Below, in pieces: positions 45,727 through 55,985 of a DNA stretch of 64,000 nucleotides (positions within the stretch are counted from its first letter, which is position 1; each line of letters starts with the position of its first letter). The stretch lies in the NCBI GenBank assembly GCA_040756875.1, contig JBFLYH010000003.1:96001-160000 (forward strand), in the 5' to 3' direction. Under the pieces are notes generated by a model, which had not been told where the DNA came from, searched no databases, and saw only the letters and a program-made list of their open reading frames with translations. The stretch comes from a candidate division FCPU426 bacterium (GTDB lineage: Bacteria > Oederibacteriota > JAAXVQ01 > JAUVAV01). A program made the translations under genes and the position numbers.

Positions 45727-48700
45727 CGCACCACCGCCAGCTTGAGGATCTGCCGTTCGGTCTGGCCGCTGGACGGATCGGTCGCCGTCACCACCACCAG
45801 GTAGACGCCGCTGGCCAGGCGCTCGCCGCGGGCGTTGGTCATGTTCCAGGTCAGCATGTCAGAGGAGCCGAAGTCCAGCTTGGCCAGCAGCTCGCCCGTG
45901 ATCGTGTACACCTTGGCCTTCACCTGCGCGCCGGCCAGTCGCGTGCGCACCCAGATGACGACCGTGTCGCGCGCCGGGTTGGGCGAGAGTTTCGCCGCGC
46001 TCACCACCCGGGCCGCGGACCGGATCACGGTCACGGCCTTGGTGACCACGGTGCGACGGTCCAGGCGGTCCGTGCTGATCGCCTGGATGTAATACTGGCC
46101 GCTCGCGACCAGCTGGTTCTCCTCGTTGGTCCCGTCCCAAGTGCCCTGGAACAGGTTGTCCGCCCAGATCTGCAGCTGCTCCCGGCCGTCGGCGTTCAGG
46201 AGCTCGCTGGAAAGCTGGAAGTCGTTGGCCGTCTGGATGATCGGCGTCTCCAGCAGGGTGCGGACGCGGGTGCCGGCCGTATCCAGCACCAGCAGCACCA
46301 GGCGCACGCCCGCGATCTCGGTCGGCGTGGGCGACGCCGTGGGCGAGGCCGTGATGGTCGGGGTGATGGTCGGCGTGGGCGTGATCGTGGGCGTGGGCGT
46401 GATGGTCGGCGTCGCGGTCGCCGTGGGCGTGACTGTGAAGGTCTGGGTCACGGTAAACGTTTCGGTGACGGTCGGTGTGTCCGTATCCGTCGGTGTGACC
46501 GTGGGCGTGGGCGTGACCGTGTACGTCGGCGTCTGGGTCGGGGTCTCGGTGTCCGTGGGGGTCGAGGTCAGGGTCGGTGTGACCGTATACGTCGGCGAAT
46601 CCGTGGGCGTGAAGGTGGATGTCGGCGTGTCCGTCGGCGTCATGGTGATGGTTTCCGTCTCGGTAATGGTCAGGGTCGGCGTGGACGTGGGCGTATCCGT
46701 GGAAGTCCAGGTGTCGGTCGGCGTGGCGGTCGAGGTCGCGGTGTCCGTGTCGGTCGGTGTGGCGGTCGAGGTCGAGGTTCCGGTCGGCGTCATGGTCGCG
46801 GTATCCGTGTCCGTGGGCGTGGCCGTGGGCGTCTGCGTGCAGGTGGCGGTGGCAGTGGGGGTATCCGTCGGCGTCATCGTATAGGTACCCGTATCCGTCG
46901 GCGTGACGGTGGAGGTCGGCGTGTCCGTCGGCGTCATGGTCGCCGTGGCCGTATCCGTCGGCGTGGCGGTGGAGGTCGGCGTGTCGGTCGGCGTCACGGT
47001 CACGGTATCCGTGTCCGTGGGCGTGGCCGTGTAGGTCGGCGTATCGGTCGGGGTCATGGTATCAGTTTCGGTCTCTGTGGGCGTAGCCGTAGACTCCGGC
47101 GTATCCGTCGGCGTGACGGTGTAAGTCGGCGTATCTGTCGGCGTCATGGTCACGGTATCCGTGTCCGTGGGCGTGGCCGTGTACGTCGGCGTGTCCGTCG
47201 GCGTCATGGTCACGGTGTCCGTGTCCGTGGGCGTGGCCGTGTACGTCGGCGTGTCCGTCGGCGTCATGGTCGGCGTGTCCGTGTCCGTGGGCGTGGCCGT
47301 GTACGTCGGCGTATCGGTCGGCGTCATGGTCGACGTGTCCGTGTCCGTGGGCGTGGCCGTGTACGTCGGCGTGTCCGTCGGCGTCATGGTCGACGTGTCC
47401 GTGTCCGTGGGCGTGGCCGTAGAGGTCGGCGTGTCCGTCGGCGTCATGGTCGACGTGTCTGTGTCCGTGGGCGTGGCTGTGGACGTCGGCGTGTCCGTCG
47501 GCGTCATGGTCGCGGTATCTGTATCCGTGGGCGTGGCTGTGTACGTCGGCGTGTCCGTCGGCGTCATGGTCGACGTGTCCGTATCCGTGGGCGTGGCCGT
47601 GTACGTCGGCGTGTCCGTCGGCGTCATGGTCGACGTGTCCGTATCCGTGGGCGTGGCCGTGTACGTCGGCGTGTCCGTCGGCGTCATGGTCACTGTGTCC
47701 GTATCCGTGGCTGTGGCCGTGTACGTCGGTGTGTCCGTCGGCGTCATGGTCACGGTGTCCGTGTCCGTGGCTGTGGCGGTGTAGGTCGGCGTGTCCGTGG
47801 GCGTCATGGTCGACGTGTCCGTGTCCGTGGCTGTGGCCGTATACGTCGGCGTGTCCGTGGGCGTCATGGTCGCGGTATCCGTGTCCGTGGGCGTCACGGT
47901 CGGCGTGGATGTGGAGGTGTCTGTATCCGTCGGCGTAGCCGTGAACGTCGGCGTATCGGTCGGCGTCACCGTAAACGTCGGGGTGTCCGTCGGCGTAGCC
48001 GTAGAGGTCGGCGTATCCGTCGGCGTTACCGTAAAGGTCGGCGTGTCCGTCGGGGTTACCGTAAAGGTCGGTGTGTCGGTCGGCGTCACTGTAAACGTCG
48101 GGGTGTCCGTCGGCGTAGCTGTAAAGGTCGGCGTGTCCGTCGGGGTTACCGTAAAGGTCGGCGTGTCCGTCGGCGTCACCGTGTCCGTCGGCGTGTCGGT
48201 CGGCGTCGCCGTAGAGGTCGGGGTGTCGGTCGGCGTGGTGGTAAACGTCGGCGTGTCCGTGGGCGTGATGGTCGCGGTATCCGTGTCCGTGGGCGTCGCC
48301 GTAGAGGTCGGGGTGTCGGTCGGCGTGGTGGTAAGCGTCGGCGTGTCCGTGGGCGTATCCGTGGGCGTGACCGTGGAGGTGTCGGTATCCGTCGGCGTGG
48401 CCGTGGACGTGGGCGTGTCCGTCGAAGTCGGCGTGAACGTGGGCGTGTCGGTACAGGTCGCGGTATCCGTATCCGTCGGCGTCACGGTATAGGTTCCCGT
48501 GTCCGTGGGTGTGACCGTGAAAGTCGGCGTATCCGTGGATGTTTCCGTAATGGTCGGGGTCGGGGTGTGGGTGACGGTGTTGGTGATCGTATCCTTCAGG
48601 GTCGGCGTATCCGTGGGCGTCTCGGTGTTCGTGGGCGAAATGGTCGAGGTGAGGGTAATGGTATCCGTAGGCGTGGCCGTGCTGGTGTCCGTATCCGTGG

Positions 48701-51700
48701 GCGTGACTGTATACGTCGGGGTGTGCGTGGGGGTATCCGTGGGTGAAGCCGTGGAGGTCCAGGTATCGGTCGGCGTCGCCGTAGAGGTCGGGGTGTCGGT
48801 CGGCGTCACGGTGTAAGTATCCGTGTCCGTGGGCGTGGCTGTGTACGTCGGCGTATCGGTCGGCGTCGCGGTACTGGTTGAAGTGTCAGTGGGCGTCACG
48901 GTAACGGTCAGCGTATCCGTCGGTGTCACGGTGAAAGTTGGCGTATCCGTCGGCGTTACGGTGTACGTACCCGTATCCGTGGGCGTCACCGTATAGGTCG
49001 GCGTGTCCGTGGGCGTCGTCGTATCCGTGGGCGTATCGGTTGGCGTGACGGTATAGGTCGGCGTGTCCGTCGGCGTCACGGTAAAGGTCGGCGTGTCCGT
49101 CGGCGTCACGGTAAAGGTCGGTGTATCCGTCGGCGTCACGGTGAAAGTTGGCGTATCCGTCGGGGTCACCGTATACGTCGGGGTGTCCGTCGGCGTCACG
49201 GTAAAGGTCGGGGTATCCGTCGGCGTCACCGTATACGTGGGGGTATCGGTCGGCGTCACGGTATACGTCGGGGTATCGGTCGGCGTCACCGTAAAAGTCG
49301 GCGTGTCCGTCGGGGTCGCTGTATACGTCGGCGTATCCGTGGGTGTCACGGTAAAGGTCGGCGTGTCCGTCGGCGTCACCGTATACGTCGGGGTATCGGT
49401 CGGCGTCACCGTAAAAGTCGGTGTGTCCGTCGGCGTCACCGTATACGTCGGGGTATCTGTCGGCGTTACCGTATACGTCGGGGTATCCGTTGGGGTCACG
49501 GTATAGGTCGGCGTGTCCGTCGGCGTCACCGTATACGTCGGTGTATCCGTCGGCGTCACGGTAAAAGTCGGGGTATCTGTCGGCGTCACCGTATACGTCG
49601 GTGTATCCGTCGGCGTCACCGTATACGTCGGTGTATCCGTCGGCGTCACGGTATACGTCGGTGTATCCGTCGGCGTTACGGTATACGTCGGTGTATCCGT
49701 CGGCGTCACCGTATACGTCGGTGTATCCGTCGGCGTCACGGTAAAAGTCGGGGTATCTGTCGGCGTCACCGTATACGTCGGTGTATCCGTCGGCGTCACC
49801 GTATACGTCGGGGTATCCGTTGGGGTCACGGTATAGGTCGGCGTGTCCGTCGGCGTCACCGTATACGTCGGTGTATCCGTCGGCGTCGCCGTAAAGGTCG
49901 GGGTGTCGGTCGGCGTGGTGGTAAACGTCGGCGTGTCGGTCGGCGTGGTGGTAAACGTCGGCGTATCCGTCGGCGTCACGGTATAGGTCGGCGTGTCCGT
50001 CGGGGTCACCGTGTAAGTCGGTGTGTCCGTCGGCGTTACCGTGTAGGTCGGCGTGTCGGTCGGCGTGGTGGTAAACGTCGGCGTGTCCGTCGGTGTCACC
50101 GTGAAGGTCGGCGTGTCGGTCGGCGTGGTGGTAAACGTCGGCGTATCCGTCGGCGTCGCCGTAAAGGTCGGGGTGTCGGTCGGCGTGGTGGTAAACGTCG
50201 GCGTGTCGGTCGGCGTGGTGGTAAACGTCGGCGTATCCGTCGGCGTCGCCGTAAAGGTCGGGGTGTCGGTCGGCGTGGTGGTAAACGTCGGCGTGTCGGT
50301 CGGCGTCGCCGTAAAAGTCGGGGTGTCGGTCGGCGTGGCGGTATCTGTCGGCGTGTCCGTGGGCGTGGTGGTGAAGGTCGGGGTGTCGGTCGGCGTGGCG
50401 GTATCTGTCGGCGTGTCCGTCGGCGTCATCGTACCGGTCGGCGAATCGGTCGGGGTCTCGCTGGCCGTGTTGGTCGGCGTCGGGGTGAAGGTAAACGTGC
50501 CGGTGGCAGAGGCGGTCGGCGTCGGCGTGGGCGTAAAGGTCCGGCTGGCCGAAGGCGAAGGCGTGATGGTGGGCGTCAAGGTCACCGTGGCTGTGGGCGG
50601 GTTGTTGCTCCAGGAAATAATGCCGGGAATATTGGCCGTCAAGGCCGGGAACCCGGCGCCGCTGGCGGTCACGGTGTTGGTTTCCGGATTTTCATTGTGC
50701 ACGAGCACTTGCGCCCAGCCGTTGGCGTCGGCCACGCCGGTCAGGCTGTTGAAATAATAGGCGCCGGGCCTCAGCAGCGTGCTGTCGATAAAGAAGCTGG
50801 TGCCCGTGGTGGTCACGGTCAGGACCGCGGCGGACGAGGTGACGTTGCCGTAGCGGTCCGTGATCTGCAGGTCCACGTAAGCCGGGTTGCTGGTCAGCAC
50901 GTATTGCAGGGCCGGCGTGGCCACCACGTGGTCAGGCGCGCCGGCGATGAAAAGCACGCTTTCCGGCACGTCGCGGTCCGGCACGGCCGTGGAGCCGGGC
51001 AGGGTGGCTGAATGCGGGGTGGCCCAGGCGGTTTCCGCGGTCTGGTCGGTGATGGTAATGGTCGCCGCGCCCGTGCCGGCTGTGGTGCCGGTCACGTAAT
51101 TGGTGCCCACCCCGGCCGGGCCGGTGAGCGACGTGGCCGTGAACCAGGCGTTGCCGCTGGCGGTCACGGTAATGGCCTGGGCGCTGGCCACGTTGTTGCC
51201 GTCCGCGTCCACCACCTGGATGTTCAACACCCGCGTGTTGCCGGCCGTGACCGGCGTGCCCGTGGGATCGGTGATCACCAGATGGTCCGCGCCGCCCGAG
51301 GCAAACACCACGGTCGCGGACACGTCCAGGGCGGGATTGCCCCACAAGCCGCTATTCGGGGTCACGGTCACGGTCTGCGCGACCAGGTCGCGCAGGTTCA
51401 GAACCGCCTGGCCGCTGGCATTGGTGAACCCGAACGCCAGGTTGGTGCCCGCGCCGGTCCAGCCGCCGGGCACGCTGGCGAAATAGGCCGAGCCGCTGGC
51501 CGTGACCGTCACCGGGTAGCTGGCGCCCACGGCCGCGCCCGTGCTGTCATAGAGTTGCAGGGTGATGTCCTCGCCCGGCCCGCCGGCGCCCACGGCCGCG
51601 CTGCCGTCCACCGCGGTGGCCACCGTGTACAGCGGCGGCCGGAACGTGGTCTGGGCCGTTACGTCCCGGCCGGGCGTGCCCCAGGCGTGAGAGGGCGAAA

Positions 51701-54700
51701 CGGTCACGGTTTCGGCTGCAGCGTCGGTCAGGGTCGCGGTTGCGGAACCGTCGCCGCCGGTGGTGACCGCGATCGGGTTGCCGGCCGCGGGCGCGGTGAA
51801 AGTGGCCGAACCGGTGGACGTCAGGTTGAAGGTCTGCACGCCGGACAACGAATTGCCCAGGCTGTCGAACACCTGGCAGGTGAAGACCCGGGAAGCGTTC
51901 ACGGGCTGGGCCGACGTGGCCGGGAACACCGCGACGTAGTCCGCGGCCATCACGTAAAACTCGTAGAACCGGTCCTGGGTCACGCCGTTGCTTTCCGTGG
52001 CGGTCACGAACGCCGCCCATTTCCCGGTCGGGCTGTTGGGGAAGGTGTAGTTGTAGCGGTACCAGCGCCACACGGCCGGGCTGCCGGAGTCCGTGGCCAG
52101 CAGGGTCATAGCCGCGTTCAGCACCCGGGTGGTCCCGGCTGAATCCACGATGGTGATGACCGCGCCGGTGATGTCGTAGGCGCCCAGGGGGTCGGAGATC
52201 CGCGCGCCGAACGAGCCGGCGTAGCCTCCGGCCTGGGCCGCGATGGATTGGCGGGTGTTGCCCGACGCGTCGAAAACCTGGATGGCGTCCACCCGGATGT
52301 AAGTGGTGGTCGTCATCTGAACGCGGGAGCGCTGGGTGGTGGAGTGATAGACCCGGAAATAACCGGTGGTGCTGCCGTAGCCCAGGTGCGTGAACCGCAT
52401 GGCCAGGGCGTACCCGGCCGGCACGGTGACCGGCGAAGCCACGGGAATGGTGAACGTCCGGGTGGCCGGCGTGCTGTTGGGAATCTGGATGGCCGTCAGC
52501 GTGGTTTCGCCGATCACCACGGTGTTGAAGCCATTGGTGTAAAAGAGCGTGACCGTGGCGTCCACGGAGCGGTTGTTGGTGGCGAGGATCAGCGGGATGG
52601 TCACGTTGGCCGTAATGGTGAAATCATCGGCCAGGGCCGGCTGCATGGACCAGGTTTGCTGGGAGAAAATCGGAATCAGCGTGTAGGTGCCGGTCGCGCT
52701 GGGGTCCGGCGTCGTGTCCAGGGAATAATTGGAAGCGCTGGGATGCAAATACAATGTCTTGGTTCTCGCGGCGGGCGCGAGCGATGTGGTGGTGAAGGTG
52801 GCGGTGCCCTGCAGGGACCCGCTTTGCTGCTGGGCGGTCAGGTGGATGACGTCCGTCACCCCGCCGCGTTCGCTGGCCGGGATGGACTTGCCCACCAGCA
52901 GGAACGTCGGCGTGCCGGCGGCCACGTTCACGTCCGGCCGGCTGTTGCCGTTGGTGTCATAGCCCCCCAGGACCCAATCCCAGGTGCCGTCGCCCGCCGC
53001 GTCCGCGGCAATGGTCACGCCCGCAGGCGTCAGCAAGTACGTGGCCCAGCCCGCGGTGGAGGGCGTGACCGTCAGGTCCCAGCGGTCCGTGACCGCGCTG
53101 CTGGTCAGGGACACCCCGTAATACACGGTCCGGCCCGGGTTGGCGGACGCGCTCCCGTCCGGCGCCAGGGAAAAGCCGCTGACCACGAAGGTCACGGTCC
53201 GGGAGTCGTTGCCCGTGTTCTGGTCCGTGTAGCCGGTGTCCGCGGCCAGGTTGGTGTACAGCTTGGCCGTGTAGGTGCCGGCCGGGACCGAGGAAATATC
53301 GAAGGCGCAGGTCACGGTCGCGGTCTCGGCGTCCGGCACGCTCAGGTCCACGGCCGTGAAGGTGACGTCTACGGGCGTGAAGGACGGGGCCGTGGACGTG
53401 ATCGAAATGTGCACCGGCAGGCCGAAGAAATCCTGCAGGCCGTACAGGGCTACCAGGCCCTGGATGTTGACCAGGGGGGTGACGCTGGGGTTGTACACCG
53501 TGCCGTCCGCCGGCGCGCTCAGGCTGTGGATGCCCGTGTCGTGCATCTTGCTCATGCCGTAGTCAATGCCGTCCTTCATGTCCTGGTAGGCCGTGCCGTT
53601 GGGCGTGTTGCTGTAGGACCAGACCACGGGCATGACCCAGGTGGACTGGGCGTTGAGGCTGGCGCGGTCCCAGGCCAGGGCTGTGCCCGCGTCGCCGAAA
53701 TAGTTGTTGTTGTTCTGCAGGTTGTCGTCGCGGATCCGCTGCCACATGGGAATGTACGCGGAGACGTCGTGCTGCGAGGAAGTTTCCCAGCCCCTGAATC
53801 CGCCGTAAGAAATCGGGCTGCCCGAGGGCTTGTAGCCGTACACGATGTCGTCCGTGGCGTTGTAGGCGCAGCTGTCGCCGGTGTTGTCGCCGCTGAAGTT
53901 CCAGTCCAGGCCCTGGAAGAACCTGAGGCTGGTTGCCTGCGTGCTGGCGTGGAGGTTTTTAATGTAATAGATGGCGGTGAACCACTTGAGGTTGCCGCGG
54001 ATGATGACCTTCTGGGTGATCGAGACCGGGACCGGCGCGCCCGCGGGCGCCGCCAATTCCGTGACAATGACCGATTCCAGCTTGCCGTTGGGCGTCTCGT
54101 GCAATTGCGTGTACGTCCGGGAAAGGTCGGTGAAATCGCCGTCGGCGCCGGTGTTGATGCCGCCGGGATTCCCGTACTGCCGGGTGAGGCCGCCGGCCGT
54201 GTAGCGCAGGGCGAGCTTGCTGCCGGCCATGTTGTCGTAGTTGGTGCCCAGGTTGTTGTCGCCCGTGCGGCCCAAGTGGTCGTCCGCGGCCGAGGGCATG
54301 CCGCCGTTGTAGGGCCAGATGATGGCCGAAATCTGGCCGCCGTAATCATTGCTGGCCGTGCCGGCGATCTCCACCATCAGGGAGTTGCTCGGCCCGGGGG
54401 GCGAAAGGAAGACCGTGTAGCCGGTGATCGGGTCGTCGTAGAAAACCAGCTGGCTGCCTTCCATGTACCACTGCAGGTTCTCGCCCTGGACCTTGCCGGT
54501 GGCGCGGTCCTGCGTGCCGCGGTTGGCGATTACCAGGCCGTCCGCGCGGCGGATCTCCCGCACGCGGTACCCGGCCGGGATGTCCGCGGTCAGGCGGTAC
54601 CACTGGCCCTCGAGCTTGTCGCTGAGCGTGAGTTCCAGGCAATTGTCCGCCAGGCGGTTGGCCTGGCGCAGGCGGGCGCGTTCCAGCCCGGCCGCGGGGC

Positions 54701-55100
54701 GCAGGGCGCCGCGGTAGCCGGACAGGTCCTGGTAGGCGTGCTCCACGTACAGCCGCCGGCCGGGCTTCAGCTGGCGGCCGCGGCCCAGGCGCAGGCCCGG
54801 GCGGAAGGCGCTGGTTTCCACCTGGCCTTCGCTCACGCTGCGCACGCGCACCGGCGTCAGGGCCCCCAGGCCCTGCGGCACCGCGGCGTCGGCGGCCACG
54901 CCCTGGCTGCGCAGCTGGCCGGGCTCGGGCGCCACGGCCTGGCGCACCACGTACTCGCGGCTGGCCGGGTCCCAGGCCAGCACCTGGTCCGGCGGCGCGG
55001 GCGCGTACGCGGCCTGGCTGGCCGCAGCCGCAGCTAGCAGCGCGATTACGCCGGCTGCCGAGGCCAGGAATCTGATTGTCGGTCGAACGTCACAGCTCAC
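45723..55100 (-). CDS. 3125-aa secreted surface protein: Ig-like N-terminal half, ~1420-aa Thr/Pro stalk, FlgD-like domain and T9SS-like C-terminal sorting domain
   Basis: GTG start with GGAGG RBS, Ala-rich signal peptide; TPTDTPT(F/Y)T(V/A/T) repeats; C-terminus SPNPARD...[10 protein letters not shown]...[19 protein letters not shown]...LKLAVVR. Confidence 0.9.
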   Translation of the reverse strand: MSCDVRPTIRFLASAAGVIALLAAAAASQAAYAPAPPDQVLAWDPASREYVVRQAVAPEPGQLRSQGVAADAAVPQGLGALTPVRVRSVSEGQVETSAFRPGLRLGRGRQLKPGRRLYVEHAYQDLSGYRGALRPAAGLERARLRQANRLADNCLELTLSDKLEGQWYRLTADIPAGYRVREIRRADGLVIANRGTQDRATGKVQGENLQWYMEGSQLVFYDDPITGYTVFLSPPGPSNSLMVEIAGTASNDYGGQISAIIWPYNGGMPSAADDHLGRTGDNNLGTNYDNMAGSKLALRYTAGGLTRQYGNPGGINTGADGDFTDLSRTYTQLHETPNGKLESVIVTELAAPAGAPVPVSITQKVIIRGNLKWFTAIYYIKNLHASTQATSLRFFQGLDWNFSGDNTGDSCAYNATDDIVYGYKPSGSPISYGGFRGWETSSQHDVSAYIPMWQRIRDDNLQNNNNYFGDAGTALAWDRASLNAQSTWVMPVVWSYSNTPNGTAYQDMKDGIDYGMSKMHDTGIHSLSAPADGTVYNPSVTPLVNIQGLVALYGLQDFFGLPVHISITSTAPSFTPVDVTFTAVDLSVPDAETATVTCAFDISSVPAGTYTAKLYTNLAADTGYTDQNTGNDSRTVTFVVSGFSLAPDGSASANPGRTVYYGVSLTSSAVTDRWDLTVTPSTAGWATYLLTPAGVTIAADAAGDGTWDWVLGGYDTNGNSRPDVNVAAGTPTFLLVGKSIPASERGGVTDVIHLTAQQQSGSLQGTATFTTTSLAPAARTKTLYLHPSASNYSLDTTPDPSATGTYTLIPIFSQQTWSMQPALADDFTITANVTIPLILATNNRSVDATVTLFYTNGFNTVVIGETTLTAIQIPNSTPATRTFTIPVASPVTVPAGYALAMRFTHLGYGSTTGYFRVYHSTTQRSRVQMTTTTYIRVDAIQVFDASGNTRQSIAAQAGGYAGSFGARISDPLGAYDITGAVITIVDSAGTTRVLNAAMTLLATDSGSPAVWRWYRYNYTFPNSPTGKWAAFVTATESNGVTQDRFYEFYVMAADYVAVFPATSAQPVNASRVFTCQVFDSLGNSLSGVQTFNLTSTGSATFTAPAAGNPIAVTTGGDGSATATLTDAAAETVTVSPSHAWGTPGRDVTAQTTFRPPLYTVATAVDGSAAVGAGGPGEDITLQLYDSTGAAVGASYPVTVTASGSAYFASVPGGWTGAGTNLAFGFTNASGQAVLNLRDLVAQTVTVTPNSGLWGNPALDVSATVVFASGGADHLVITDPTGTPVTAGNTRVLNIQVVDADGNNVASAQAITVTASGNAWFTATSLTGPAGVGTNYVTGTTAGTGAATITITDQTAETAWATPHSATLPGSTAVPDRDVPESVLFIAGAPDHVVATPALQYVLTSNPAYVDLQITDRYGNVTSSAAVLTVTTTGTSFFIDSTLLRPGAYYFNSLTGVADANGWAQVLVHNENPETNTVTASGAGFPALTANIPGIISWSNNPPTATVTLTPTITPSPSASRTFTPTPTPTASATGTFTFTPTPTNTASETPTDSPTGTMTPTDTPTDTATPTDTPTFTTTPTDTPTDTATPTDTPTFTATPTDTPTFTTTPTDTPTFTATPTDTPTFTTTPTDTPTFTTTPTDTPTFTATPTDTPTFTTTPTDTPTFTVTPTDTPTFTTTPTDTPTYTVTPTDTPTYTVTPTDTPTYTVTPTDTPTFTTTPTDTPTFTTTPTDTPTFTATPTDTPTYTVTPTDTPTYTVTPTDTPTYTVTPTDTPTYTVTPTDTPTFTVTPTDTPTYTVTPTDTPTYTVTPTDTPTYTVTPTDTPTYTVTPTDTPTYTVTPTDTPTFTVTPTDTPTYTVTPTDTPTYTVTPTDTPTYTVTPTDTPTYTVTPTDTPTFTVTPTDTPTYTVTPTDTPTFTVTPTDTPTYTATPTDTPTFTVTPTDTPTYTVTPTDTPTYTVTPTDTPTFTVTPTDTPTYTVTPTDTPTFTVTPTDTPTFTVTPTDTPTFTVTPTDTPTYTVTPTDTPTDTTTPTDTPTYTVTPTDTGTYTVTPTDTPTFTVTPTDTLTVTVTPTDTSTSTATPTDTPTYTATPTDTDTYTVTPTDTPTSTATPTDTWTSTASPTDTPTHTPTYTVTPTDTDTSTATPTDTITLTSTISPTNTETPTDTPTLKDTITNTVTHTPTPTITETSTDTPTFTVTPTDTGTYTVTPTDTDTATCTDTPTFTPTSTDTPTSTATPTDTDTSTVTPTDTPTDTPTLTTTPTDTPTSTATPTDTDTATITPTDTPTFTTTPTDTPTSTATPTDTPTDTVTPTDTPTFTVTPTDTPTFTATPTDTPTFTVTPTDTPTFTVTPTDTPTFTVTPTDTPTSTATPTDTPTFTVTPTDTPTFTATPTDTDTSTSTPTVTPTDTDTATMTPTDTPTYTATATDTDTSTMTPTDTPTYTATATDTDTVTMTPTDTPTYTATATDTDTVTMTPTDTPTYTATPTDTDTSTMTPTDTPTYTATPTDTDTSTMTPTDTPTYTATPTDTDTATMTPTDTPTSTATPTDTDTSTMTPTDTPTSTATPTDTDTSTMTPTDTPTYTATPTDTDTSTMTPTDTPTYTATPTDTDTPTMTPTDTPTYTATPTDTDTVTMTPTDTPTYTATPTDTDTVTMTPTDTPTYTVTPTDTPESTATPTETETDTMTPTDTPTYTATPTDTDTVTVTPTDTPTSTATPTDTATATMTPTDTPTSTVTPTDTGTYTMTPTDTPTATATCTQTPTATPTDTDTATMTPTGTSTSTATPTDTDTATSTATPTDTWTSTDTPTSTPTLTITETETITMTPTDTPTSTFTPTDSPTYTVTPTLTSTPTDTETPTQTPTYTVTPTPTVTPTDTDTPTVTETFTVTQTFTVTPTATATPTITPTPTITPTPTITPTITASPTASPTPTEIAGVRLVLLVLDTAGTRVRTLLETPIIQTANDFQLSSELLNADGREQLQIWADNLFQGTWDGTNEENQLVASGQYYIQAISTDRLDRRTVVTKAVTVIRSAARVVSAAKLSPNPARDTVVIWVRTRLAGAQVKAKVYTITGELLAKLDFGSSDMLTWNMTNARGERLASGVYLVVVTATDPSSGQTERQILKLAVVR
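46321..50600 (-). repeat. 30-nt (10-aa) tandem coding repeat with 60-nt higher-order units
   Basis: Near-identical units such as gtatacgtcggtgtatccgtcggcgtcacc (~49000-50400) and 60-nt units encoding [20 protein letters not shown] (~47100-47900); roughly 140 decamers. Confidence 0.95.
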
Positions 55101-55147
55101 CGACGGCCCTCCGGAAAAATACGGTTAGCGTACAGGTCCCCCCTGCT

Positions 55148-55414
55148 TTAGTGCCTGGGGTTGGCGCACACGTGCTTGATCGCCTTGCTCAAGGCCACCA
55201 CCAGATCAGCCCCGAACTGCTGCTGCATCTCCGCCACGCGCGTGAAGGTGTGGCCCTTGTCGGTCACCACGTACTTGGGCGGCAGATGGTTCAGCGCGTG
55301 GGCCAGGATGTCCAGCCGGCACCGGCTGCACTTGCATACCTCGGGCCTGCGTTTTTCCAACAGCTCGTCCAGGGCGTTGCGTGCCGCGTCTTCCATATAA
55401 TTCTTCAGTCTCAT
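55148..55414 (-). CDS. ComFB-family protein (stand-alone; candidate cyclic-dinucleotide receptor)
   Basis: LKNYMEDA...CKCSRCRLDILAHALNHLPPKYVV...V..NPRH matches the ComFB pattern including the Zn-binding cysteines. Confidence 0.85.
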   Translation of the reverse strand: MRLKNYMEDAARNALDELLEKRRPEVCKCSRCRLDILAHALNHLPPKYVVTDKGHTFTRVAEMQQQFGADLVVALSKAIKHVCANPRH

Positions 55415-55662
55415 GCTGCTCCTCCGTTTTCGGGTTTGCCTACCGGTTCGGCGCCGTTTAAGCGCAGCAATTCCTTGATTCCTCGGATATGGATGCCGCG
55501 GCCCGAGTATTCCCTGATTTTTTTGAGCCGCTGCAGGTCATAGGTGGAATACACCCGCACCTGGCCGATGCGATTGGGCCGGATCAGGCCCTGGCGTTCC
55601 CAATTGCGGAGTGTCTGCGTGTGGACATTGAGCATTTTGGCCACTTCGCCGATGGATCTCAT
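55411..55662 (-). CDS. Small MerR-family HTH regulator (HspR/BldC-like, no effector domain)
   Basis: SIGEVAKMLNVHTQTLRNWERQGLIRP.R...RVYS..DL; AAGGAG RBS; stop overlaps the ComFB start (ATGA). Confidence 0.88.
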   Translation of the reverse strand: MRSIGEVAKMLNVHTQTLRNWERQGLIRPNRIGQVRVYSTYDLQRLKKIREYSGRGIHIRGIKELLRLNGAEPVGKPENGGAA

Positions 55663-55759
55663 GATCATCACTCCTTTTAAAATGATAATGAATAGTGTTT
55701 GTAATAAGCTTTTGGTATCAATAGTCTCGATTGTTTTTGTCAACAACTTAACAAAACTA

Positions 55760-55788
55760 ATTATATCAACTAACAGATTTTTTGTCAA
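55760..55788 (-). promoter_or_regulatory. Perfect-consensus sigma70 promoter for the MerR-ComFB-giant protein arm
   Basis: TTGACA (55788-55783) - 17 nt - TATAAT (55765-55760), with extended TG. Confidence 0.85.
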
Positions 55789-55985
55789 TTTTAGTGGAGT
55801 TATTTTAATCATTTGCTGCACCATTAAACCATTATTTTTAAAGGGTTTTTAGTAATCTCTTTTAAATCCAACAAAAAACCTGCTTCATACTTTATAGACT
55901 TTCTTTCCTACAATATAGGTTCCGGTTTTTCTTAACAAAACGCTTATCCTGCCGTAACTAATCCAGTGAATCCATAGGGAGACAA

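Noticed and set aside
46321-50600. 30-nt periodic repeats as a CRISPR array
   Set aside because: No unique spacers; variation is mostly at codon third positions within an open frame; no cas genes.
45504-55037. + strand ORFs rich in RRRHG or VGVSVGV (up to 1080 aa)
   Set aside because: Antisense readings of the Thr/Pro repeat gene.
55663-55824. 5' extension of the MerR ORF given in the track (137 aa)
   Set aside because: It runs through the AT-rich promoter region; the RBS and HTH homology place the start at 55662.
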